A stretch of 64,000 nt of DNA from Octopus vulgaris (GCA_951406725.2 OX597815.1:97402001-97466000), one strand, 5' to 3'. Positions 1-13,748 are shown, counted from the first letter of the stretch. Numbers and translations: made by a program. The notes: generated by a model from the letters alone, not told the origin.

Positions 1-128
1 TAGGAATGTCATCCAGTCGTAAAAACCACGGCAATACAGACATTGCAGCTCAATACGCTCCTTGGACACATCGTTTTCTCTCATTACCGTCCATTTCATG
101 CTAGCATGGAACGTGGACGTTAAATAAG
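1..128 (+). mobile_element. 3' part of a SINE (RTE-type tail)
   Basis: ggaatgtcatccagtcgtaaaaacc...gctagcatggaacgtggacgttaaa resembles common cephalopod SINE tails (recalled, not searched). Confidence 0.5.
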
Positions 129-2469
129 GATACACACACATACATATGTATGGATGCATACACAGATGAATGTGTTGATATATCTGTATGTGCACATAAT
201 CTGGAAATTGCGAAGAAAACCGATGCAAACTAAGCACGGAAATTTTCAAAAGATGTATGTATTTTGGGGTAGTTCTCAGTATAAAAAAATTTTGCAACTG
301 TTTCAACTTGGAACTTTTGTAGTGTGCTGTATAGAAATAAATGGTAGAGTATGCCATGAATTTTACTTCTTTCTTTCTTATATTTTTATTCGTTAGTAGA
401 GTAGTAAAACTGAAACTGCTTCGGCAGAAAATCGGTAAATTGATTGCGATATCTGCTCACCAAAAATTTACTTCTTGCTCAAATCACAAGAAGTTATTTA
501 TTGATTCCAAGAAGGTTCAGTTACAGTGCAAAATGACGAGGAAAATGATTTCAAATCCTTTAAGGTTTGAATAATAACGATAGTAGGAACAGCAGTCGTC
601 CCAGCTCGATATTTGCTTTTAGACATGCCTACCCATGCATGTTGCTTTGTGTGTGTGTGTATGTGTGCGTGTGCGTGTGTTTGTGTGCGTGCATGTGCGT
701 ATTTGTGTGTGTGTGTCTGTGTGTGTGTGTATCTCACTGTTTTTAGCAATAAACGATAGCATGTGATTTGGTGCATTTAAAATCTCTTTCATCCTTGAAA
801 AAATCTGAAAGCACAATCCAAGTAATTCTTCAAGGTTCGTGAAGATCCGATGGCAGCTGGATTTTTTTTTAATTAAAATTATTATATTTACTAAACTTTT
901 CGAGCAATAAGAAAAGGAGTGATATGCGAAATAAATTATGTTTTTTTTTTTACTTTTATATGTACTACCTAATGGAACATCCTTTAATGTTTGTCACAAA
1001 TATCGAATACATTACTAGAAGTTTTAGTTTGAATAACTGCATGCGTTTGTTGATTTCTTTTGCTTCATATTTCAATATTTATATGCTCTACACACATCTA
1101 TTTTCTTTTTAAGAACGTAGTAGCTTTCCGTATTGCTGCCGTTGCTGTTGTTGTTTTATCGATCTATATAAACATTTTTTCTGGATGCTGTACAATCCGA
1201 AAAAAATATAGAAATGCGTTCACATTTCCACATAAAAGCAGGCTGGGTTGTAGAACTGCCAGCTCATATGACTAGCTAAAGAATAAATTTGCATCTCTGC
1301 ACACAAAGATAAACTGGCAACATATGGCTTCAGATAACAAATCTTTATATTTCAGATTTACTAACAAATGTGGGTGCATCTACACATGCTTAGATTTACT
1401 CATTTGCATATATATGTGTACGTGAGTGTATATATATATGTGTGTGTGCGTGTGTGTGTATGTCTATATATGTATGTATATATATATACCTATACACACA
1501 CACACACACACACACACATACATGCACATAGTTATATGTATGTATATATTTATCTATGTATAATCCATATTGTGTCAGGTTTAAATTTTCAGTTCAGTAC
1601 TTGTACGTTAACGTTTTCCTTTCGGAAGATCTTTTTGTATACGTTCGTTTCAGATCGAGCTATACACTTTCTTGTATGTATTTACATACCAACCTACTCA
1701 GGGCTTAATGTCGTCTGTTTTAAATGATTACAGTTTTTGTTTAAAATAAGATGTCATTGTATTTATTCTAAAAATGAAAAACAGTAGAGAATCACTCGTG
1801 ATATATTATATTTTTATGAATCTTACTAGATATTTTTTTTTATTTTCCTTTAATTCTAAAAGTTAGAAGTTATTTATATTTTTTTATCTTCGGAATGCTG
1901 CAATAACGTATTTTCCAATAATAGTTATTCCAGTTTTTTTTTCCTACTCAATTTTTTTAAAGCATTAAAGAGAAAAGAATTCAAGCGATTCTCACAGAAT
2001 GAGTTAGGGCAAACTTGTGATATGTATTTTAATACATGTTTTCTTTTTTTAAATATTCATGATATTCACAAGGAAAATGTACACAAATACTTTTTTCAGC
2101 CATGAAATTCTAAAACAACTTATTTTACAATAAGAGGTTTCTTTTTTCCATTTCTATCGAAGGTGAGAAAAAAAAAAAGCGAATTAAAATAAAGAATCGA
2201 TTTAGCTTTACACACACAAAAAAGGAATAAAAATATTACAAATAAGTTAAGGATGCACATTTATTGTTGAAAGATTAATGCATTAAGCAGTAACCAGATA
2301 AATGAGAATAACGTGACTGATTATTAAGTTTCCTTCACTGTAACACAGTTAAATACAAAGGACACTTCTTTCCAATTAAGTGAATATAAATGTTGCAGTT
2401 CTAAATACCTCGGCGCGTTCAGATAAACACACGCACACAAAACACGCGCACAATACACGCACACAGAGG

Positions 2470-2500
<31 letters not shown>

Positions 2501-3714
2501 ATACACACACAAACACACGCACACACACGCTATAGTTGCAGTTTACAATATATCTTCTACCATTTTGTGTAACTATAAGTGGAAAGAATAGCGATGCTTC
2601 AAGCTGCCATTTCCTGGATAAAACTTTATCACCAAATTGCATTGTTTGTTTTTAAAAGGTTACTCATTTACTAACGAACGAGTTTGTTTAATGTCTTCGT
2701 ACAAAATACTCGCGTGTACTCGAACACACATTCATTTGTACATACACATGCACAATATACATGTATATACATACGTGCATACATACTAGCACACACATTA
2801 ACACTCACAAACAACGTCTGTCATGTATGTGTAAGTGTGTGTGTGCGTGTGTGTGAGTGTGTGTGTGTGTGTGTTTGCATGAGTGTGAACTAATGCAGCT
2901 GTCTATTTATGGCATTTTCAATAGAATTCTTTCATGTGATTATATGTATCAATACGTGAGGAAAAAAAGAAAAGGCAGAAAACAGAGCTTGAAATGGGAT
3001 CAGATCAATGTTGATTGTGGTTGATCACTTGGCTTTGTAGCAATTATTATGAAGTTTGCATTGTTCTGTGTAAATTTCTGAATATAAGCGTAGAAATGTC
3101 TTGCGTCATCCCACTGCTGAAATATCATGCGTACGAATACGTAGGTCTCCATTAAATAACGTTTTATAAACATATGCAAACTCGTGCCTGTATCCATCAT
3201 TTCAAAGATAGTATCACACTTGTATAGATTGTCTCTTACGAAGCGAAGCTGGAATTGTAACCCCTACGGGTGTTTAATTCATTCAATACTTGATTCATTA
3301 TTTCACACCATTGAACACTTAATTCTTAAAGAAAACCGGTAAGAACCGTATCGACTCTTAAGGCTAATGAAAATTATTAAGCATACACGAATGAGTATTG
3401 CAAATGTAGCTAAATAAGCAATGATAGGGTGAAACGAAATGTAATCTAATTTGAAATTCTACCCTTATAATACGTTTCTCGTAGCAGTGATCTGTAACAT
3501 TTCATTCAAATGTTATCATTTAGAAGGGACAGTAGCAAGACACAAACCAGGAAATAAAGCAGTGGTGATATCACACAGTGTACCTATAGTATGAAACGTA
3601 TATTACATAAAGCCTACTTGTAGTATAAAACATAGAGATGGTGAATAATACATTAGAATAATACACTTCACTGCAAAATAGAGTTACTGTATTTATATAC
3701 TTTCTATTGTAAAA

Positions 3715-3913
3715 GAGGCGAGCTAGCATAATCGCTAGTACGCCAGGCGAAATGCATAGCAGCATTTCGCCCGTCGTTATCCTCTGAGTTCAAATTCCGC
3801 CGAGGTCGATTTTGCCATTCGGAGTCGATAAAATGAGTACTAGTTGGCAACTGGGGTGGTTGTAATGGATGTAGCTCCTCCCCTAGAATTGCTGTCATTG
3901 TGCCAAACTTTGG
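3715..3913 (+). mobile_element. tRNA-derived SINE (same family as the 18.3-kb array)
   Basis: ggcgagctagcataatcgctag...gagttcaaattccgccgaggtcga...gtcgataaaatgagtac...gtgccaaactt. Confidence 0.85.
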
Positions 3914-4515
3914 GAACAATACTTTCTTACATAAATTAACTACGGTCGTCACGTTCAATCTATTTTTACTGGGCGTCGTAAAGATATTTTCACTAAACAT
4001 TATATGCCTATGCAAGTGCGAGTAAACCAACACTTTCTCTGCCTTTCCATTATTAACCAATCAGAATATCAAGGTTGTGACAGATCACTGGATAACGTGA
4101 TACACCAACACGCAGCTGGTACTTTATTCATCGATCTTTAAATGTTAGCTTTATTAACTTCAATCCCTGCTCAGTAGGAATTCACTTCATAGCGCAATGT
4201 GACGGAGCAAATATCTTGACGTATTTTATAAGTTATGTAATGAAGTGGTCCTTTTGAACTCATTAGTACAATGTATAGTGAATATGTTGCAATATTTGTG
4301 CTTGCTCTTTGTGTTGTGAATTCAAATAGCACAAAGATCAATTTTCCTTTTCATCTGTCATCTATGCTGGTGCATCCCTCAATCACCCAGTGTTTCGCAT
4401 CCGGTTTGAAAAATATGTCGTGTGCAAATGTCAAGATTATGTTCATCTACTGCGCAATGAATCGGTATAAATAACATTAAGCGAAAACACTTTATGTTCG
4501 ACGAACACACACACT

Positions 4516-4676
<161 letters not shown>

Positions 4677-4707
4677 CGTATATATATATATATATGTATA
4701 TATACAC

Positions 4708-4766
<59 letters not shown>

Positions 4767-4783
4767 CATGTATATATATATAT

Positions 4784-5425
4784 GAAAAGCAATGTTTATC
4801 GTTACTTCAACATGACTATTCCGTAGGAACCGACTTGAAATACGTTTTTTTTTTACCTTAGGAGGACGTGTTCTCCAGCTGTCTATCGATGCAGTCTGCA
4901 CCTGATAAATATTGCAAGCAGGGTAGCGAACATCCAGCACATTCCGCCGATGACCGGGTCACCGATTTAGATCTATTTGTGCTCATACCTAGAGGTGGAC
5001 ACCCATCCGCTTGAGATAGCAGCAGTTTGCTCCAGCTCGCAATATACAGAAAAATAAGTGACAACTAGTCACTGTCTTGCAACAAGCAACGTAGCGAGAA
5101 AGAAATTCTCTATACGAGAAGTAAGTTGTAACCACACTTAGAAGTAATGTTGACCGCCCTTTCAGCATGGCTGTACCGTACAAACCGACGTTACTACCGT
5201 TTTTATCCCAGGAAGATGAGCGCATATAGCTCGAAATATAAGACTGTCTGGTGGTCTCGATGTCACTGGAAGTTCCTGAGGGTTCGCTACTCTACCTGCA
5301 AAATAATTGGGGAGCAGATTACTTCGATAACCAGCTGAAGGAGGTGTCCACCTGGAGTGAAAAGCAGTAGTAACGCGGGTTCCTACTGAAAAGCCATATT
5401 GAAGTGGGGATAAACGTGACTTCTC
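4784..5425. repeat. ~640-bp imperfect inverted-repeat (rod-like) element at (TA)n
   Basis: Left-arm blocks (tgtttatcgttacttcaacatgactattccgtaggaacc, ctccagctgtctatcga, gtagcgaac, tatttgtgctcat) are complementary, in order, to right-arm blocks. Confidence 0.8.
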
Positions 5426-5762
5426 AGTATAGTTACTACATTATCTTGTATAATGATTTTCTAATAAGTTACTGTGCGTACATATGTACATATCTATATA
5501 GACACATATATACATGTGTATGATTATAGATACTTGCGTATATATATACATACACATACATACATATATGTTTGTATATATATAGGTGTGTGTGTGTGAG
5601 TGTGTGTCTATGTATATATATATATATATATATATGCGTGTGTGTGTATATATATACGTGTGTATGTGTATATATATATATGCATATGTACGTGTATATG
5701 TGTATGTATGTATTTATACATACATGTGTGTGTGTGCGTGCGTGTGTGTGAGTGTATATATG

Positions 5763-5829
<67 letters not shown>

Positions 5830-5846
5830 GTATATATTTAGATATA

Positions 5847-7027
5847 TTGGATTGTCCTGAAAGTTCATGCCGATTTATAGTGACTTACCTTTCGCCTTTT
5901 TTTAGAACATGGTTGAGTTCATAAGCTAGGATTTGACTACACCTCCATTTAGATCACAGTTTAAGATATCTTTTCGTGGAAGAAGGTTTATGTTCCTATA
6001 AACTGTGCTAATTATGTAACCCTTTAAATTCGAAGATAAGAATATTCATTTTCGGCACTTGATGCTTTTCTTTTTCAGTAAAGGGGAAAATGCCTCACAA
6101 GCAACCAAAGAAATTGTAGCCTTATTGATAAAGAGCGATCAAGCAGACCATCTTTTACAGATAATAATGAAATCAAGTCATTAATTGAGAATAACCCACA
6201 TTGCACGACCCGAGAAATGGTAGAAAGCCTCAACCTATCAAAATCTGTCGTTCATGAGCACCTGGTAAAGATTGGGTACGCAAATCGCTACGATGTTTGC
6301 TTACCACATGAGTTGAGTGAGAAGAATGATTTGGATCGCATTTCTATATGTGATTCGCTTTATAAACGAAATGAAAACGCGCCATTTTTAAAGCAAATTG
6401 TGACAGGTGATGAGAAATGGATTATCTCCCGAAATGTTCAGAGAAAGCGATCCTGGAGTAAGCGACATGAGCCACCCTTTGACATCCCAAAAACGGGTCT
6501 TCACCCTAAAAATGTCTTACTTTGTGTCTAGTGGGTTTGGAAAGGAATTCTGTACTATGAGCTTCTCCCAAGTAACTAGACAAAACTGGATGAGTTAAGA
6601 ACAACAATTAAGAGAAGCGTCCAGAATTGGCTAACAGGAAGGTTATTGTTTTTCAATATGATAATGCAATACCGTACGTTTCTTTGGGAACCAGACAAAA
6701 ATTGCTGCAGCTCGGCCGGGATGTGTTACCCTACACTCTATATTTACCAGATATTGCTCCTTCGGATTTCCACTTATTCAGGTCTCTGAAGAATAGTCTT
6801 AATGGTAAAAATTTCAATTCCTTGGATGACGTAAAAAGATACATTGATGAATTATTTGCCACGAAAACCTCAATTCTGGGAAGAGGATATTTTCAAGTTA
6901 AAGGAAAGACGGAGACGCATTGTGCAACAAAATGGTTCATATTCGATTGATTAAAAATGTGATGGCAATTGTTTATTGACCTTTTTCTTTCCTTTAAAAC
7001 TCGGCACGAACTTTCCGGACAACCCAA
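5847..7027 (+). mobile_element. Decayed mariner (Tc1/mariner) DNA transposon
   Basis: TA-flanked imperfect TIRs: ttggattgtcctgaaagttcatgccga and tcggcacgaactttccggacaacccaa. Transposase fragments carry CLPHEL (WVPHEL-like), IVTGDEKWI, HPK, QYDNA.PY and LYLPDIAPSDFHLF (YSPDLAPSD-like), interrupted by stops and frameshifts. Confidence 0.95.
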
Positions 7028-7034
7028 TATATAT

Positions 7035-7408
7035 AGCTATTCTTTTATTTTAGTCATTTGTATGTTGCCATGCTGGAGCTCCGCCTTTAGTCGAGCAAAT
7101 CGACATCCAGGACTTATTGTTTGTAAGCCTAGTACTTATTATCTCGGTCTCTTTTGCCGAAGTGCTAATTTACGGGGACGTAAACACACCAGCATCGGTT
7201 GTCAAACGATGTTTTGTGGGGTAGGGGGAAAGCTCACACATATATATCAATATGACGGGCTTCTTTCAGTTTCCGTTTACCAAATCCACAAGACTTTGGT
7301 CGGCCCGAGAATTTAGTAGAAGACACTTGCTCAAGATGACACGCAATGGGACTGAACCTGGAACCATGTTGTTCGTAAGCAATCGACTTGCCACACAGCC
7401 ACTCCTGC
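7035..7408 (-). mobile_element. Composite tRNA-derived SINE sequence (second family)
   Basis: Minus-strand head aggagtggctgtgtgg...ggttcagtccc (A/B-box-like) followed by cttgagcaagtgtcttctac. The remainder is SINE-like body. Confidence 0.65.
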
Positions 7409-7903
7409 GCCAATGTTTGTGTATATGTGTGTGTGTGTGTGCGTGTGTGCGAGTGTGTGGGTATAGATGTATTTGTGTGTGTATGTATATAAATATGCAT
7501 ATATGTGTGTGCGTGTGTGTGAGTGTGTATAGATAGATAGTTAGTAATAAGCATGTATAGAGGTATAGATTTAAATAATTAACATTTCCAGCTATTCTAT
7601 AGAAATAATTATTTACTTTATTGACTGCATTAGGTCAAGACATATTTTCTCGGCCACATTTATTCTACAAAATAGATTACTCAAAACAAAAGCAATTGTA
7701 ATTAAATGGAAATTATTTTTGGCTTCACTACATTAAATTACTTGTTAAACAACTATATTTATGGTTTGCAAGAATAGGTTCTGGGCTTCTTGCACCAACC
7801 GCACATTTATAAGTGCATATACATGCCCACACACACACACGCGCGGATATATATATAGCGAGAGGAGAGAGGGAGAGAGTGACATACATAATTAAATACA
7901 TGC

Positions 7904-7942
<39 letters not shown>

Positions 7943-8050
7943 CGGTGAAACTTTACTGTAGCGTCGTATATTATCGACTGCTATTTCCAGTAAATATTGG
8001 TGCATTGTTGTACCATTATCTCATATATATATATATATATATATATACAT

Positions 8051-8110
<60 letters not shown>

Positions 8111-8146
8111 GAAAGAATGGAGTCGAACGAAGATGTTAACAAAATT

Positions 8147-8239
8147 CCTTTACTCTCGACACATGTTTCGAAGACACCATGTTTTCATTCCAAAGGAATA
8201 AAGGGTGCATTGTGCAATCTTCTCATCAGGAAATGAAGG
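8147..8239 (-). ncRNA. Type I hammerhead-like ribozyme with extended stem II
   Basis: Minus strand reads ccttcatttc CTGATGA GAAGA...TCTTC GAAA CATGT GTC^gagagtaaagg, with an intact core and imperfect stem I. The inverted + copy at 8263-8334 has TTGATGA. Confidence 0.7.
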
Positions 8240-8642
8240 CAATCATCGAAATGTTTTTTGTCTTGATGAGAAGATTGCATAATGCACCCTGTATTCCTTT
8301 GGAATGAAAACATGCTGTCTTCGAAACATGTGTCGAGAGTAAAGGAATTTTGTTAACATCTTCATTCGACTCCATTCTTTCATTTATTCATATACAACAC
8401 ACACATTTCTGCACATGAACCCGGAGTTTCTACCATTGACAGGTCGCTTCAACCGTGTTTCTGATGTGAATTTGCTACCCAGGTTTCGGTTAAACGAATG
8501 TTTCATGCTGACGATTAACATAGGATAATTCATTCACCTACTTATATATATATATATATATATATAACCAGGTGGTGCTATTAAGTTAGACATGGCCTGG
8601 GCCAATAATGCCCGAAACCTATCAAAGTATCAAAGTATCAAA

Positions 8643-8692
<50 letters not shown>

Positions 8693-8853
8693 GACGCATA
8701 TTTGCCATTTGAATATGGCTAACCCCTAAGGGTTGATGCTACTGTAGTTTGTAGCCCTAGTAAGATATCTCCTCCAGCTGGCTATAGACACACTATCTGT
8801 GTCCTCTCAGTATTTGTGAAGGAAGTCATCCTCCCCGTCTTCAACTCATGATA

Positions 8854-8898
8854 CACACGGACCCGAGTTTCAAGGTGTTTACCTTTCATCAGCGTGTG
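8854..8898 (-). ncRNA. Minimal type I hammerhead ribozyme, canonical core
   Basis: Minus strand reads CACACG CTGATGA AAGGT-AAAC-ACCTT GAAA C-TCGG-GTC^CGTGTG: perfect 6-bp stem I, 5-bp stem II, short quasi-palindromic stem III and a GUC cleavage triplet. Confidence 0.88.
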
Positions 8899-9228
8899 AC
8901 AATCATGGTTGTCGACGTGTGTATCATGAGTTGAAGACGGGGAGGATGACTTCCCTTCACAAATACTGAGAGGACATATATAGTGTGTCTATAGCCAACT
9001 GGAGGAGATATCTTCCTGGGGCTTCAAACTACAGTAGCATCCACCCTTAGGGGTTAGCCATATTCAAATGGGAAATATGCGTCATGATGTGTTACCGCTA
9101 TTGTTTATAACTCACTCTGAGATTTATCATTGTTTGATTTCACTTTTTCAATATCAGTGTCAATCGACACTGGAAAAAGTATATGAATTTGTGAAGGGAG
9201 CTGACTCCTCGTCGACAACCATGATTGT

Positions 9229-9273
9229 CACACGCTGATGAAAGGTAAACACCTTGAAACTCGGGGCCGTGTG
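9229..9273 (+). ncRNA. Type I hammerhead ribozyme copy with mutated cleavage triplet (GGC)
   Basis: CACACG CTGATGA AAGGTAAACACCTT GAAA CTCGG GGC CGTGTG. Identical to the 8854-8898 copy except GTC>GGC, so probably inactive. Confidence 0.8.
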
Positions 9274-10222
9274 TATCATGAGTTGAAGACGGGGAGGATG
9301 ACTTCCCTTCACAAATACTGAGAGGACACAGATAGTGTGTCTAAAGCCAGCTGGAGGAGATATCTTCCTGGGGCTACAAACTACAGTAGCATCCACCCTT
9401 AGGGCTTAGCCATATTCAAATGGCAAATATGCGTCACGATGTGTTACCGCTACTGTTTATAACTCACTCTGAGATTTATCATTATATATATAATTCTTAA
9501 ACGAAAATGTTGTTGTCAGTGACGTCGAAGTATCAGCCAACTAATCCATCATTTGTACTGAGATGCGATATATTCATTAATAATTTTACATAGTCTGTCG
9601 ATTAAAATGTTTCCTTGGTTGTGTAGGTTTGAGTGTAGAATTTAAGCACTCGACGGAGAGTGTTTAAATGTAAACCGAATTCTAATGCATCGCAGTTCCA
9701 CAATGGCTTAGCTTCGAAGTCACTGTCGATAAAAATTTATCTTTAAGTGTATTATACTGCACTATATAGGTGTATAGAATAACCCATCAGAATAACATAA
9801 AACTAACCTAATGCTTAAGGTGGTGCACTCATGAGCTAACGTTCGTGATTTCAATTCCTTGACTGAGTGGTGCTTTGTTTTCTCATCTTACATTGCTCTT
9901 CGATCAGTTAACACCTGATGCATGGCACACCATGATCCTGTTAAGACCCATCGATTTGATGGACTGACTGAACTAATGTGTGGAGAAATATGTGCTCACT
10001 ATAAACATATTATTTGTGCTGTTCATTCGACTGAATGAACTGAACACTCATACATCATCTTCTGCGAGAGGATCCACACACGCACACACACATACATATA
10101 TATACATATACACATACATATATATGCATACATACACACACACACGCACACACACTTATATATATATGTATATATGTATATATATACATATATGTATACA
10201 TGTAAATGTATATATATGTGTA

Positions 10223-10262
<40 letters not shown>

Positions 10263-10263
<1 letters not shown>

Positions 10264-11432
10264 TAGCAGCTAACCCCGGTTTCACCCGGTCTGTTTGGAT
10301 GATGTGGTTGTGATCATTTCCGGTTAGGCATAATCTATAACAGCTTTTCTCAATCTTCTCATTTCGGGTCCCCAATTTTTATTAGAATCTCCAGCTGTAT
10401 GAACCCCCCCCACACACACACACTTATCAGAAAATCGCTTCCGGAGTTCTGAAGAACGAATTTGTACATAGTGTGTTTCTGAGAGCTATCCTATTGGACC
10501 TCTGTCTAGTTATTAAAACATTGGGCGATCTTTCGATATGGGAACACCCGACTGTCACTTACAAACCACTTATAAACCACGTGTGTTTATTTACATTTTT
10601 GCAGATGATCGTCCTTTTCGATATAATTTTTTTTTTTTTTATTATTGGGTTAGGTGTAAAGGAGATCTTTTGAAGTCGGTGTGAAAGCGAAAGAGATACA
10701 GAGAGAGCGTGATTGTATAAGTGAAGATCTTTTGAAGTTGGCGCAAAGTGGAAGAATAGATGTGCGTACATGCGTGTGTGTGAGTGTGTGTCTGTGTTTC
10801 ATGGGGTGTGCGAGACAGAATGTGTGGTGTGTACAGGAATTGCTTTTGTTAGTGTGTGTGAAAGCACAGAGAGGGTAATTTTGCTGGTGTGTGTGTATGT
10901 GTGTGAGAGGAAGAGAGAGAGAGAAAGAAAGAGTGAGAGATTAGAGAAATTTTTTATTCACTTTTTGTAGTGAGTTAATGTGTGGGTGATTGACAGAGAA
11001 AAAGCGCGCACGCGCCTGAGAGAGAGACGTTACGTATGTATGCATGAATGGCTTCAGTGGTACACACACACCCAGGTTGTTATGTATGTATGTATCTATG
11101 TATGGCCGAGAGAGAGTTAACTGAAATTTTGTTATTCCCTTTTTGTAGTGAGTGAATATGTGAGTGACTGACAGAGAAAAGAAGAGAGAGGTTATGTATG
11201 TATGTGTGTATGCATGTACGTATGTATGTATGGCTTTGGCTGACTGTCATCGTGTATTCCCCTTTTTTGCTAGTTTTAATCTATTTTCTCGGTAACTACA
11301 AACCGCATTCAAAGCTATGCACTCGTCTGCACATGTGCGCCATTTTTCTCACGAATCCACCCAGCCGTTTGGCTGTGAACCCCAAGACAAGAAAGAATAC
11401 AACGATCCCCCGAGTCCAATTTATATTATAGA
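10263..11432 (-). mobile_element. Non-autonomous Helitron
   Basis: On the minus strand it starts A|TCTATAATAT and ends with the subterminal hairpin CCGGGTGAAACCGG followed by GCTGCTAG|T. It is inserted in an AT site with no TSD, which are canonical Helitron termini. Internal microsatellites, no Rep/Hel ORF. Confidence 0.8.
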
Positions 11433-11469
11433 TTACATATATATATGTATATATATATATATATATATA

Positions 11470-11745
11470 TCACCATGATCACCGTGACCGACCAGTCTAT
11501 CAGATGTTGCTACACCTCACTGGTCACAATGCGCTGGCTAAGCGAGCAGGCCAACAGAAGAAAGAGTGAGAAAAAGTTGTGGCGAAAGAGTACAGCAGGG
11601 ATCACCACCCACTACTGTCGGAGCCTCGTGGAGATTTAGGTGTTTCCGCTCAATAAACACTCACAACGCCCTGTCTGGGAATCGAAACCAAGATCCTACA
11701 ACCGCGAGTCCGCTGCCCTAACCAATGGGTCGTTGCGCCTCCACT
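11470..11745 (-). mobile_element. tRNA-derived SINE (third family)
   Basis: Minus-strand head gtggaggcgcaacgacccattggttagggcagcggactcgcgg...ggtttcgattccc, a tRNA-like sequence with a B box. Confidence 0.65.
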
Positions 11746-13707
11746 ATAACTATTTGTTAAAATATGTACGATAGGAAATATACCCATGCAAACCGCTATA
11801 GCGTTCTATCATTCAGAATCCCCCAGAATATTTCTGATGTATTACCAAATAAAAGACAATAAGCTCTACGGAATCGGGCATTGGCTGTAATAATATATAT
11901 TAAAGAATATCAATCATAAAATTTGGAAAACCTCTTACTTTTCCCTCTGGTATATATATATATTGTGAGAGGAGGTCATATTTGGCATCAACTGTATCAG
12001 CGATAGCAGAAAACTTAACTAAATTTGATAATGTAGATTATTATCCATCGATATTCACGTAATCATGATGCAAAGTATTATATTTTACTTTGAGTTTACA
12101 TTGAAATAACTTATAGCAATGTAAAGGTCATTTATGCACGCAGGGGTAAGATCTTCTTTGATGAAAGTGCATCATGTGTCAAGCAAACTGACTGAAATTC
12201 TGTACTATTTGTATGCTGATGTGGACGTTGTCGTTGTTCTGTAATAGTATATAATCAGATACTGCAAATAAGAAGTTCTTTGGCTAGCTCTGTCTAAAAA
12301 CATTAGCTATATCCATTGGTGCCAACAGATACACAGGATAAACTATGGAAGCAATCATACAATCAGCCAATTCATATAGAATCAAATATAGGCACACATA
12401 AATTATAGTTAACTTCTTAGATTAAACAAAAGATTTAGGTACTAGATTATGCAAGCATTTCAGAAAGCGGAACAAATATATAACTGACTTAAGCACAGGG
12501 TCTTGCCACCAGAAATCAATGTTGTAAATATGAATCTCTAAGGAAATATACGAAGGAAATATTTTATTGCAACTATACCCTAACGGAGTACGAATATGAG
12601 TACAACTAACCGTAATAATTTCAGCTTTCTTGGTGATATCAATGCTTTATTGATTTGTGCTGACTCCTGTATCCCATTTGGATTAGGAAAATGTGTACAG
12701 TAATAGAATTCATGAGAAATTTTAAGTTTCAATAGAAATATTTGGGGAAATATTTGTATGGTAATTATTGCACAGTAGCGACTGGAAAACAAAGGGTGCT
12801 AAGATATATTTGATTCGTATACAAACATGTATATGCAAAGCATCTTTCTATTTAAATTGAGAAGGATTTCTTGAAATTAGTGTAGAACAGACACAAATAA
12901 GGGACAGAATAAATGTGAACCGATGATTTTATCCAATTGCTCCAACCATCTACACCAAATATGTGAATTCACTTTTAGAGGGTTAGATCGCATAAAGGTA
13001 TATACGTAGCAAAGCAAATACGTGAGGTATATTCCAATAGTAGTTGTACTTCGGGTTTGCCATGTCCTCATCCGATTACTGTGCGAGTTCGGGAGTTTGA
13101 ATGAGTAATATTTTGTAAAGTTAGGTGAGAGTTATGACAGTATACTGTAAATGGACTGCACAGTCCATTACCAGTAGAGGAATTAATGGAATGAAATATA
13201 TATGTATATATATATAATACTGAAAGAATTATTGTGATTGGACTAATACAATGTACAAAATAGGATACATACGAAAGAGAGGAAAAATCAATTCTGATAT
13301 CTGCTGAAAAAAAATGTAATCCTCTTAAAATTTTCAGCACACATTGAGTATTTAAAGGGCTCAGCATACTTCCTATCATATTTGTAACCATGCACGTGTG
13401 TAATGCAGCAAAGATTATTTGCGATAGCTTTTCTAAATTATGATACAAAAGAATTGCATAATTTTGCAAAGACGTCAGTGATAAAGGATATGAAAAACTC
13501 TTGAATGTAATAAGAATACAGAAATGAAAAAAAATAAGTAAAATTAAATAAGTTGTATTGTATAACGTTATATTATTATTATTACTTCATTTTCTAGAAA
13601 GGAATCTCATTGAATAAAACGATGAAAAATTGCAAAGGTTTAATTTTACAGCGCAGTAAACAAACTTTCTTACTGAAAAGATTAATTCCCTCGAGAAGGA
13701 AATTGAA

Positions 13708-13711
<4 letters not shown>

Positions 13712-13748
<37 letters not shown>

